From Octopus sinensis (lineage: Eukaryota), in the NCBI RefSeq assembly GCF_006345805.1, contig NW_021828624.1, positions 1-7,983 of the forward strand: a stretch of 7,983 nucleotides of DNA, written 5' to 3'. Shown here in pieces: positions 1-7,956 of the stretch. The position numbers and the translations under genes were made by a program. The notes below the pieces were generated by a model, which saw nothing but the letters and a program-made list of their open reading frames with translations, searched no databases and was not told the origin of the DNA. Each line of letters begins with the position of its first letter. The stretch's first letter is position 1.

Positions 1-492
1 AAGTTAGAATCCATGCCTTCAGGCCAGCATCAGCAATGACAAAAAGTAAACGCAAGACGAGATTATGTCGCCTAAGTTTTTTATAAGCCCAAGAACTGAG
101 AACAGAAACAACGATGAGTCAGCAAGAGAGTTTCTATGCGGTCGTATCGACGTGCAAGAAATAGAACTCAGTTCACGTACGTACCCCGTCGTACTATGTG
201 GGAAAATTGTACGAACTAGCTGCATATGGATAATGTTATCCTTTTGAGGAAAAAGACCAGAAATGCTACAGCAGGAACACTTTTGATAATGTAGTTTATC
301 GATTAGTTCTTGCCTGGCATTAAACAACAACATTATATCAGACCCAGATGTCTTTAAAAGCAAGGATACATCAGATATTATAGTCCTAGATACATTAAAC
401 ATGTACTTAAAGGAAGTTCGTGGTCATGACTTCAATGCCTTTGATTATATATCTGATCGATTCAGTTTGACCTGGTGGAAGATAAGCTTTCC

Positions 493-520
<28 letters not shown>
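493..520. repeat. (AT)14 microsatellite at the PLE 3' junction
   Basis: Directly visible perfect dinucleotide run. Confidence 0.97.
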
Positions 521-523
<3 letters not shown>

Positions 524-613
524 GCTGACATTTGAAATTTACAGAAGAACAAAAGACGAAGACACGTGTATAAACAACAAGCAGATGTTTGACACTCGGG
601 AAGGTGAGAAAGT

Positions 614-649
614 CTTTTACGTTTCGAGCCTACGCTCTTCAACAGAAAG
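614..649 (-). ncRNA. Minimal type I hammerhead ribozyme motif in the PLE terminal repeat
   Basis: Minus strand reads CUUU-CUGUUGA-A-GAGC-GUAG-GCUC-GAAA-C-GUA-AAAG. Stem I is CUUU(649-646)/AAAG(617-614). The core is CUGUUGA (645-639; canonical CUGANGA). Stem II is a perfect GAGC/GCUC with a 4-nt loop, followed by GAAA (625-622). Stem III is reduced to the palindrome ACGU (622-619). The NUH triplet is GUA, with predicted cleavage between 618 and 617. Confidence 0.8.
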
Positions 650-795
650 GAACACGATGAAATAAACAGGTCAAGAATTTAAAAAAAAAACTTGTGGATT
701 TAGCGTTCAATCATAGTGACTGGTTGGAAGAAGGTAGATGGACGGAGAATTAAGAAGAAACGAAGATAATAAAGTACTGGTGATCCCAAAACGAA

Positions 796-1075
796 GGTGC
801 GCGTGCATATGTGTGTGAGAGTGTGTGTGCGTGTGAGCGTGGATAGGGGCTGGTGACTTTGACGTGTGTAAGTGTTTGCGTGTGTAAGTGTGCACGTCTC
901 TAATGTGTGGGGATGTGGATGATGGTGTGGGGTGTGGATGATGGTGTGGGGTGTGGGACTGTGAGGGTGAGGTGTGGTTTTTGCGGTGAGGATGTGGGGT
1001 GAGGATATGGGTGGGGTGATGATGTGGGTGGGGTGAGGATGTGGATGAAGTAAGGATTGGGTGGGTGTGGATGGA
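796..1075. repeat. GT/GGT-rich low-complexity tract inside the PLE 3' region, including a perfect 2x19-nt tandem repeat (GTGGATGATGGTGTGGGGT, 915-952)
   Basis: Directly visible. It accounts for the His/Pro/Thr-rich ORFs 700..1086 and most of 707..1300. Confidence 0.9.
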
Positions 1076-1178
1076 GAATGTATCAATGAAGGGAGAAGGT
1101 TGGTAGGATTGAAGAGAGGAATTAGATGTCAAATGAAGAGAGGAAGTAGGTGTCAGATGAAGAGATAAGAGGAGGGAG

Positions 1179-1687
1179 TCAGACGAAGAGGGAAGGGAGT
1201 TGAGCCCATGTGGCGCAATGGAGCGAAAAGAGAAGATTAATTTCTGTTCACGGCGAAAGCGGGAGTCCGGATGGCCACTATGCAAAGAGAATCCGAACAC
1301 AGACAGGTGTTGTAATAAATGACCGGTAGAGGGGAAATGGCGCGAGACCGGAGTTCATTGCCAACTCCATTATCTCGGAGGAGCTCCGCAAACCAGTCAG
1401 TCAAGTGGCGTTCCTTTTGACGGATGTACAGAGAAGAGCAGAAAGAGCAGGAGATGCAGTAAAAGACGTTGCTAGAAGTGCAAGTAAAGGAGTCAGTGAT
1501 ATGATAGGGGCGATGATGGGTGCCTGTGAGGATGGTAGTGTTGGAGAAGTAGGGGCAAGTACGGAAGCGTGGGTAGGAGTAGGGGAACGAGCCAAGTTGG
1601 GAGGTGGGGTTAGGGAAGAAACTGTGGACCAGGAGGTCACGTATGTGTGAAGGGGAGAAGAGGTATGTTGGGGAAGATGTGCGAAGT
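1179..1687 (-). pseudogene. Decayed PLE linker plus GIY-YIG endonuclease coding segment
   Basis: GIY-like VFY at 1467-1459 and YIG decayed to YIR at 1428-1420. The conserved R..EH region is decayed to DWFAEL, while REQKLI and GLN are retained. The linker FPYSYPRFRTCP appears to be a decayed FPCxxPRCxTCP. Frameshifts at ~1650 and ~1352. The probable ancestral TGA at 1181-1179 is now one base out of frame. Confidence 0.88.
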
Positions 1688-1731
1688 CTATTGAGAAAGG
1701 CGCATCTATTCTGGAACAGCTGTAAGAGACC
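1688..1731 (+). ncRNA. Possible degenerate hammerhead-like motif of a second PLE family
   Basis: Plus strand reads CUAUUGA (1688-1694), an imperfect hairpin GAAAG..GCGCAU..CUAUUC, then U-GGAA, the palindrome ACAGCUGU (1716-1723), a GUA triplet and AGAGACC. The order of elements fits a hammerhead, but both core halves are mutated and the 5' strand of stem I is missing. Confidence 0.35.
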
Positions 1732-2070
1732 TAATGCAAATCTTCTTACTTTTATATGATATTCTGTGTTTTAACAACTCTATTGAAACAAATCTACAAT
1801 TATGTTCAAATATATAAATTCCATGCTCTAAACTAATACCAATTGTTTGCTTGTTTACTTTTTAATTCTACTGTACATGTGCCTGCTCAGTGATAAACCA
1901 CTTACAGACATTCATTACTAAGCAACTACAATACTGCTTTTTGATTTATTCGCAGTTTAAGTCGGAGTTTTAGGTGGTAAATCTAAGCACTTATATACCT
2001 ATTATATTACGACATTGACACGACTTCACCTGAAATTTATCTCTTCCCCCCTTTCTCTCTTTCTTTATAC

Positions 2071-2136
2071 ATATATATATATATATATATGTATGTATAC
2101 GTGTATGTATGTATGTATGTATGTATGTATGTATAT
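2071..2136. repeat. Compound (AT)10 + (GTAT)n microsatellite
   Basis: Directly visible. Confidence 0.95.
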
Positions 2137-2913
2137 GCACATGCTATATATGTGAATCCACGCACATGAGTATACCAATCTGTATTCTGTACTTTTTTGC
2201 TTAATCGTAAGCAATTACAGTTAATTATATTGTGCTTATGTGTATGTATGCGTGTATGCGTTAGTGCGCGTGTTTGGGATATATGCGTATATGTGTGTAC
2301 TAAATGAACATATATGTCACTATTTGTTCAGCTATTGTTAACATAATTAATATAGTGAGTATGAAAAATTGAATGAGAAATTAATATATAGTAAGAAACG
2401 AAAATTACCACAATTTTGATTATTTCTATAAGTCCGGGAAAAAATTTCGTATATCATTAGATAATTAACCTCAACGAATTGTCTCTGACACTATTAAATT
2501 GGAATTGAAAAAGTCATGAATAAATCTGAAATTAGTTATACCTGTCAACTGGTAAATAAATTTTATATTTGTACAATATGTCTCTGGTTTCACAGATAAT
2601 TCGATGGATATTAACATAGCGCAAACTTCGGCTTTATAAATGGCTATAAAATAGCCATACATTAATCACTTCTGAGTTGTTTTTGAGTATGATTGAACGC
2701 CACACTCAGAATATATCACGAATGATTAACTGTGATTTTAGTACAATCTGTAATGCAGCGGTCTAGCAAACGATAGATATCTGGTACCATTTCAATCAGT
2801 GAATATATTGTTTTTGTTAAAAGAAAATTTAAAAACACTAGAATAGTGTTCTATAAGTGTATGAATTATCTCAAGAATGTGTCTGCATTGAATTTCAGTA
2901 TAAACATCATTAT

Positions 2914-3152
2914 GAGGCGACGAAATGGCAGGAATCGTTTGCAATTCGGGTAAAATGCTTATCGGCATCTCGTCTATGCGTTTTGAGTCGAAATTCTATC
3001 AAGGGCGACTTTGCCTTTCATCCTTTCGGGGTCGATAAAATAAGTCCCAGTTGAGTACTAGGGTCGAAGTAATCGACTTACCCTTCTCCCATCTACCCCC
3101 TCCACACACACACACACATCAAACTTGCTGACCTTGTGTCAACATTCGAAAC
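2914..3152 (+). mobile_element. tRNA-derived SINE (octopus-type, as recalled)
   Basis: A-box-like TGGCAGGAATCG (~2925-2937) and degenerate B-box-like GTCGAAATTC (~2987-2996). The central block GACTTTGCCTTTCATCCTTTCGGGGTCGATAAAATAAGT and the tail GCTGACCTTGTGTCAACATTCGAAAC match an abundant octopus SINE as I recall it. A (CA)8 run at 3103-3118 lies within the tail. The family name is not verified. Confidence 0.8.
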
Positions 3153-3882
3153 TAAAACATCATTAAACAGTAAACCTAAATAAGCACTAATACATGATCG
3201 AAAAAAAGGGGGGAAATCGAAAGCTATTCCGTTTTCAAGAAAAAACAACATTTAGTTTACTTGATGTATACATGCTGTTTGGAAGACCATTGTCAACGCG
3301 AGTTAACTGAAATTACGTACAATTAGAAAGTTCAATTTCTTAGTAGATTAATCCTACACTCACACATACTCTCATACATTTACACACAAGCATACACATA
3401 GATACACATGTCTGCGGAAGTTGTCTCTCAGTTTCTCTCCAACATGAGCTATAGAGTGTTCCATCCGTCCTTAGAACCATAGTAATGGCTGGAACTAATA
3501 TAATCATATGAGAGCTATTAGATCAAGGCATATCTGAAGCTACATAGCAAAACGATACCAGCCATGGTGATCACAGGTTTTGGGTTTCACTTGGATGTGA
3601 AGAATGTAACATGTAGAACGGCTGAAGACTGGAAAAGAAAACAATACATTGAACTTTCTATTATGAAGCCAAGTTTGGTATAATAGTTCTGATGCCAAGT
3701 CAGTAGGTATTTCCTTCGAGTTAAATATATTTTCAATCAGTTCTCTTTGCAATCAAATAGCGCAAACTGTAACTTTGCTTGTAGCTAAAGGTTCAAATGG
3801 TTGAAGAGACTCAGCCGATCAAAACAGTCTACAAAGCATCATTTATAGCGTGCTTTTTATGCATAGACAGACATACAGACAA

Positions 3883-3956
3883 ATGTGTGTGCGCGTGTGT
3901 GTGCACGCGCGCATGTGTGTGTGTGTGTGTGTGTGTGTGCATGTATACATGCATAT
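3883..3956. repeat. (TG)n/(CG)n compound microsatellite with uninterrupted purine-pyrimidine alternation
   Basis: Directly visible, 74 nt of alternation. Confidence 0.92.
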
Positions 3957-4018
3957 TTATGTACGTACATCGTGTTTGATATGTTGGTTAGTTTGATATG
4001 CATATATATTTTTATGTC

Positions 4019-4045
4019 TATATATATATATATGTGTGTATATAT

Positions 4046-4080
<35 letters not shown>

Positions 4081-4112
4081 CTATTACACACAACACACAC
4101 CACCTATATATA
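4019..4112. repeat. Imperfect (TA)n microsatellite with short (TG)/(CA) interruptions
   Basis: Directly visible. Confidence 0.93.
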
Positions 4113-4747
4113 TAAATAGGTATGCATATGCATACATGTATACAGCTTGTTTATTTTGATTTAGAGGCCAGTTTCAACACGCCCATACATATTATTCAAT
4201 TTCTACATTTCAAATCATTTAAACTACACTCTATTCAATGCCATCGCAATAGAATAACACAGAAAGATCTAAACAAAAAAATAAATAAATAAGTAAATAA
4301 ATATAGTGTATTTTTAAGTTGGAATAATATAGGTGGCTTTCTAAACATGATTTTCTCACTAGCGAACAGAGAGTCTTATTCTCTTGCGAGAACCATTCTC
4401 TTATGTTCTTTCAACATTAACATTGAACAACATACTCTAACAATCGATAACAAACACGCTTGCGCAAGACAAAGTAAGCTAGTGAAGTTCATTTTATGTA
4501 ATGATCATTCGACCGAAACTAATACTCTAACACATAACAATTGCCTTTTTCTCACTCTGCTGCTGGTTTCTGATCAACCAAATGCTCAGCTAATCCTTCC
4601 ATATTACATTGCAATTGAAAACTAATACACTGGATGAGACGTTGGAACATATGATTGATTGAACATTAAACTGGTTAATAGCTTTCAACTCATTTTATTT
4701 AACAGAACATGAATAGCTGAAGAATTGTACAGCAAATAAAGAATGCA

Positions 4748-4823
4748 ATGTATGTATGTATGTATGTATGTATGTATGTATGTATGTATGTATGTATGTA
4801 TGTATGTATGTATGTATGTATGT
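4748..4823. repeat. (ATGT)19 tetranucleotide microsatellite
   Basis: Directly visible perfect array immediately upstream of the second SINE. Confidence 0.97.
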
Positions 4824-4830
4824 CTGTATA

Positions 4831-4999
4831 GGTGCAGGCTTTTCTGTTTGGTTAAGAAGCCCCCTTTGTTGTAATATGGTTTTGGGTTCAGTGCCACTAT
4901 ACGGCACCTTGGACAAGTGTCGTCAACTGTTACCCCGACCGACTAATGTCCTGTGAGTGAATTTCGTAGTCGGAAACTGTAGAATCCTATCGTATATAA

Positions 5000-5039
<40 letters not shown>

Positions 5040-5135
5040 CTGTGTGTGTTAGTATTTGACCCTGACTACCGCTTAAAATTGGTTTTGCTTTCTTTAAGTT
5101 TCTGTAACTTAATGGTGCTGCAAAAGAGTGCGGGA
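4831..5135 (+). mobile_element. tRNA-derived CORE-type SINE (octopus OR-like, as recalled), 3' part interrupted by a mariner insertion
   Basis: Head GGTGCAGG..TGTTTGGTTAAGAAGC and B-box GGTTCAGTGCC (4885-4895). CORE-like ACCTTGGACAAGTGT (4906-4920), then GTGAGTGAATTTCGTAGTCGGAAACTG..CGTATATA and an internal (TG)n. The continuation CTACCGCTT..GTAACTTAATGG..GCAAAAGAG ends at the TA at 5136-5137. The family match is from memory. Confidence 0.8.
5001..5048. repeat. (TG)19 plus (TG)4 microsatellite within the SINE
   Basis: Directly visible. Confidence 0.96.
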
Positions 5136-5137
5136 TA

Positions 5138-6285
5138 CGAGGGAGGAATGAAAAGTTCCTGGCTTGGGTAAAAGGAAATACAGGAGGATCAGTTAATTAT
5201 CATTTTATTCTACATATTTGCCTCTCAGACTCACACACTTATTGCAGCGGTCCTTCAGTTTTGCTAAGCCCTATAAAAAGAATTCGGAAGCTTGGGGCTT
5301 CCAGCCAGGCCTCTGTTACAGTGGTCGCTTCTGAATCGGAGTGAAATTTTGTTCCCTTGAGATGTTTCTTCAGTTGTGGAAAGAGGTGATAGTTAAAGGG
5401 GGGGGCAAATCAGGAGAGCAAAGTGGATAGTCTACCAATTCGAAGCCAGAGTCGCGTATTTTATGTAGAGTTTCATGTGCTGTGTCTGCTAGTGCTTCGC
5501 CCTGCAAAAGCAGGACACCACGGCTCAGCTTTCCACGGCGTTTCTGTTTCAAAGCATCAAGCAGTTCGTCCAACGGAGCGGTAGTATTCTGTGCTGATGG
5601 TGCGACCCTTTGATAACTATTTTATGAGTTCTCCGTCTTTGTCTCAGAACAGTGAAGCCAGAATCTTTCTGGCTAATTTCTGGATCCGAAACTTCTTGGG
5701 ACGCGGAGAACCGTTGTGGCACCAATCCACCGATTGCTGCTTGGTCTGGGGATCATAATAATGAATCTAAGTTTCATCCATGGTGACTAAACGAGTCATA
5801 AAATCAGCCTGTGCCGCTGCAAACCGGTTCAAAATCACCTTTGATATCGTTACTCTGATACGCTTCTTATCTGCGTTCAGATATTTCGGTACCTGTTTTG
5901 CAGAAAGCTTTCTATGCTCAGAATGTTGTGGATGATGTTACCAACTCTTTCGTGGGAAATTCTCAGAGTCTCAGTTATGGCTTTAGTTGAAATCCGACTG
6001 TCTTTGAAAACCATGACGTGCTCAGCGTCGGCTTCGTTCGCTTCGCCCGCGGAAGTTGGCCGTCCTGACCAGGTTCATCTATGACCTCCAAATGACCAGT
6101 CAAAAACCTGGACACCTAGTTTTTTTTTCACTGTGGAATAAGGGAAGCAGCCATCCTTCAAGACTTCCTTCCGCCAATCCTTTGTCTTGCAAAAAGAGAA
6201 ATTTCATGACAACCCGTACTTCAATTTTATCAAAATCTACTGTAGGAACTACCATCATGTGTTAAATCTCTTAAAAAGAGAAAGA
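5138..6285 (-). mobile_element. Decayed mariner DNA transposon (irritans/Hsmar2-like); 3' TIR present, 5' TIR absent
   Basis: TA (5136-5137) is followed by CGAGGGAGGAATGAAAAGTTCCTGGCT, an Hsmar2/MADE2-style terminus. Transposase remnants lie on the minus strand. No complementary TIR (AGCCAGGAACTTTT...CCCTCG-TA) was found elsewhere in the window. The right boundary is approximate. Confidence 0.92.
5205..6234 (-). pseudogene. Mariner transposase pseudogene, near full length (DD34D spacing)
   Basis: DKIEVRVVMKFLFLQDK..PYSTVKK/VSRFLTGHLEVIDEP/SGRPTS..RKLSAKQVPKYL (WVPK-like motif, 5895-5881)..LVTMDET*IHYYDPQTKQQS..LLLQGEA..SPDLPP/NYHLFPQLKKHLKG../KDRCNKCVSLRGKYVE*. D1 is at 5778-5776. D2 is decayed to G and D3 to N, with 34 residues between them. 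Stops at 5769-5767, 5646-5644 and 5619-5617, plus several frameshifts. Confidence 0.93.
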
Positions 6286-6289
6286 TATA

Positions 6290-7233
6290 TTGGTAACTTT
6301 GACCTCACAAGTGCAACGCGGTCGATCAGAAACATAGGTGGATAATGACAAACTGAAAACCACCGTCGAGTCAGATCCATCTCAAAGTGTCCGTGAATTA
6401 TTGTTGTCGTTTGACGTTAGCAAGCAAACAATACTGACTCACCTAGTTCAAATCGGTAAAGTGAAAAAGTTGGATTAGTGGGTTCCACATGAACTCAATG
6501 AAAATCAGAAACAGCAACGTTTGGAAGCCTGCATTATGCTATTTTCTCGACAGAAAAATGAATCCTTTTTGAATCGAATTGTAACATGTGATAAAAAATG
6601 GATTCAATACAACAACCGTAAATGTTCAGCACGATGGTTGAACAGAGACGAGCATCCAAAACACAGTCCAAAAAGCAAAATTCATCAAAAGAAGCTGATG
6701 GTGTGTGTTTGGTGGACTGGTGCAGGTGTGATCCATTATGAGTTCATCAAACCTGGCTCATCAATCACAGCCGAAGTATACTGAAGCCAACTGGACCAAA
6801 TGACGCAGAAAGTTACAAAAAAAAAACAGCCAAGATTAGACAACAGATCCACTCCTATTTTATTGCAAGACAAGCCAGACTATACATAGCAAAAATGACA
6901 TTGGTGAAACTACAGGAGTTAGAGTGGAAAGTTCTCCATCATCCACTATACTTACCTGATCTCGCCCCCATTGACTACCACTTCTTCCAGAATTTGGATA
7001 ACTTTTTGACAGGAAAAAACATTTTATTCCGACGATGCTGTAAAACAGGCCTTCCAAGATTTTATTGACCCTAGATTGCCAGGCTTTTACAGTTCCGGGT
7101 GGGACAAGCTACCGCTGAAATGGCAAGAGTGTATTGACAATATGGGTGCATACATTGATGAAAAAAAGTATTCCTTGTATTTATAAAACACAAGCAAACT
7201 TTTTGTCTACAAATAGCATACTTGACGACCTAA
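6290..7233 (+). mobile_element. Decayed 5'-truncated mariner DNA transposon (cecropia/Hsmar1-like); 3' TIR present
   Basis: Transposase remnants lie on the plus strand. The terminus ..AGCATACTTGACGACCTAA is followed by TA (7234-7235); its reverse complement TA-TTAGGTCGTCAAGTATG resembles Hsmar1-type TTAGGT.. ends. No matching left TIR was found in the window. Confidence 0.92.
6292..7186 (+). pseudogene. Mariner transposase pseudogene lacking its N-terminal part (DD34D)
   Basis: GNFDLT/RGRSET*VDNDKLKTTVESDPSQSVREL..GKVKKLD*WVPHEL(6479-6496)..RIVTCDKKWIQYNN..KKLMVCVWW..AEVY*SQLD..LLQD..HHPLYLPDLAPIDYHFF..KWQECIDNMGAYID. All three catalytic Asp codons are present (6590, 6869, 6973). D2-D3 spans 101 nt, equal to 34 codons minus one base. 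Stops at 6335, 6476 and 6782, plus frameshifts. Confidence 0.95.
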
Positions 7234-7271
7234 TATATATGTATGTATATGATATATATATATATATATAT

Positions 7272-7303
<32 letters not shown>

Positions 7304-7339
7304 AGATATATATATATATTATTTATATAATATATATAT

Positions 7340-7390
<51 letters not shown>
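7234..7390. repeat. Long imperfect (AT)n microsatellite starting at the mariner TA site
   Basis: Directly visible. Confidence 0.96.
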
Positions 7391-7445
7391 ACGTAAAATG
7401 CACCGCACATACACACATAGGCATGTATGTATAAGTATACATGTA

Positions 7446-7458
7446 ATATAGATAATAT

Positions 7459-7550
<92 letters not shown>

Positions 7551-7566
7551 ATATTAGATATATATA
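7446..7566. repeat. Second long imperfect (AT)n microsatellite
   Basis: Directly visible. Confidence 0.95.
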
Positions 7567-7956
7567 CACTATATTTATGTATGTATTACTTCGAGTCTTA
7601 ATAGTCATATCTTATTTATCAGGCACAGCAAGAAAGAAGTTGCGCCCATGATTTTTGCAGGCCCTTGGAGGTAGGCAAGATTAATACAGTTGATGTTCAG
7701 TTTGAACATATGCAAACCAGCTGAAAAATGAAGCGAAGAAGGGAATTCGAGAAGGAAGACGGTGTGAGGAAAGGAAATGGATGAAGTAATAAATGCGAGG
7801 CCTGGGGTGCGAGGCAACATTTGGGTCACGGAAGGAGAGACAGATGTGTTGGTGTGATGTGTTATGCAAGTACAAAAGAGATACAAACGCTAGCTTACGA
7901 TTCTGTATTTTACAACGTATTGCAGTAATATATAGCCGAACATTTATCGGGAAATA

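Larger units (their letters stand above)
521..1687 (-). mobile_element. 5'-truncated Penelope-like retroelement (C-terminal GIY-YIG endonuclease, probably Neptune-type): end of the ORF, 3' region and terminal repeat with hammerhead motif
   Basis: Manual minus-strand translation across frameshifts gives TSHIFPNIPLL/..HIRDLLVHSFFPNPTSQLGSFPYSYPRFRTCPYFSNTTILTGTHHRPYHITDSFTCTSSNVFYCISCSFCSSLYIRQKERHLTDWFAELLRD/PVSRHFPSTGHLLQHLSVFGFSLHSGHPDSRFRREQKLIFSFRSIAPHGLN. This is the PLE linker plus GIY-YIG layout. A hammerhead motif lies downstream (614-649), as is typical of PLE terminal repeats. The RT domain is absent. Both boundaries are approximate. Confidence 0.9.

Noticed and set aside
19-402. 127-aa minus-strand ORF
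   Set aside because: No recognisable motif and no splice support. The opposite strand looks more protein-like.
700-1086. 128-aa His/Pro/Thr-rich ORF on the minus strand
   Set aside because: It is a translation of the CA/C-rich low-complexity tract in the PLE 3' region and has no domain signature.
1401-1650. ORFs 1401..1640 (-) and 1405..1650 (+)
   Set aside because: These are off-frame and antisense readings of the PLE endonuclease region. The meaningful frame is a different minus-strand frame.
1900-1935. Perfect GTAAGT donor-like site on the minus strand (1905-1900)
   Set aside because: A 6-mer is expected by chance in 8 kb, and upstream acceptors are weak and give only tiny exons.
2640-2658. 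8-bp perfect hairpin ATGGCTAT-AAA-ATAGCCAT
   Set aside because: Isolated, AT-rich and compatible with chance. It has no associated element ends or U-tract.
2914-3000. tRNA-like A/B boxes (also at 4831-4900) as possible tRNA genes
   Set aside because: No full cloverleaf, and the boxes continue into SINE body sequence.
3540-3752. 70-aa minus-strand ORF with an internal polypyrimidine-CAG acceptor-like site (~3630-3650) and a downstream ACCATGG
   Set aside because: All three frames after the acceptor stop within about 30 codons, there is no strong donor, and no homology is recognised. An exon cannot be supported without RNA-seq.
3797-4115. ORFs 3797..3979, 3857..4096 and 3885..4115
   Set aside because: Microsatellite translations (CV, YI and HT repeats).
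4685-4956. ORFs with YIHT/MYVC repeats
   Set aside because: Translations of (ATGT)19 and the SINE head.
6056-6265. 69-aa plus-strand ORF, and likewise 6860..7057 on the minus strand
   Set aside because: Antisense readings of the mariner transposase pseudogenes.
6479-6990. Possible domesticated SETMAR-like gene, since all three catalytic Asp codons are retained
   Set aside because: Multiple stops and frameshifts, a missing N-terminus and no adjacent SET exon indicate an ordinary decayed copy.
7134-7651. ORFs with IY repeats
   Set aside because: Translations of (AT)n arrays.
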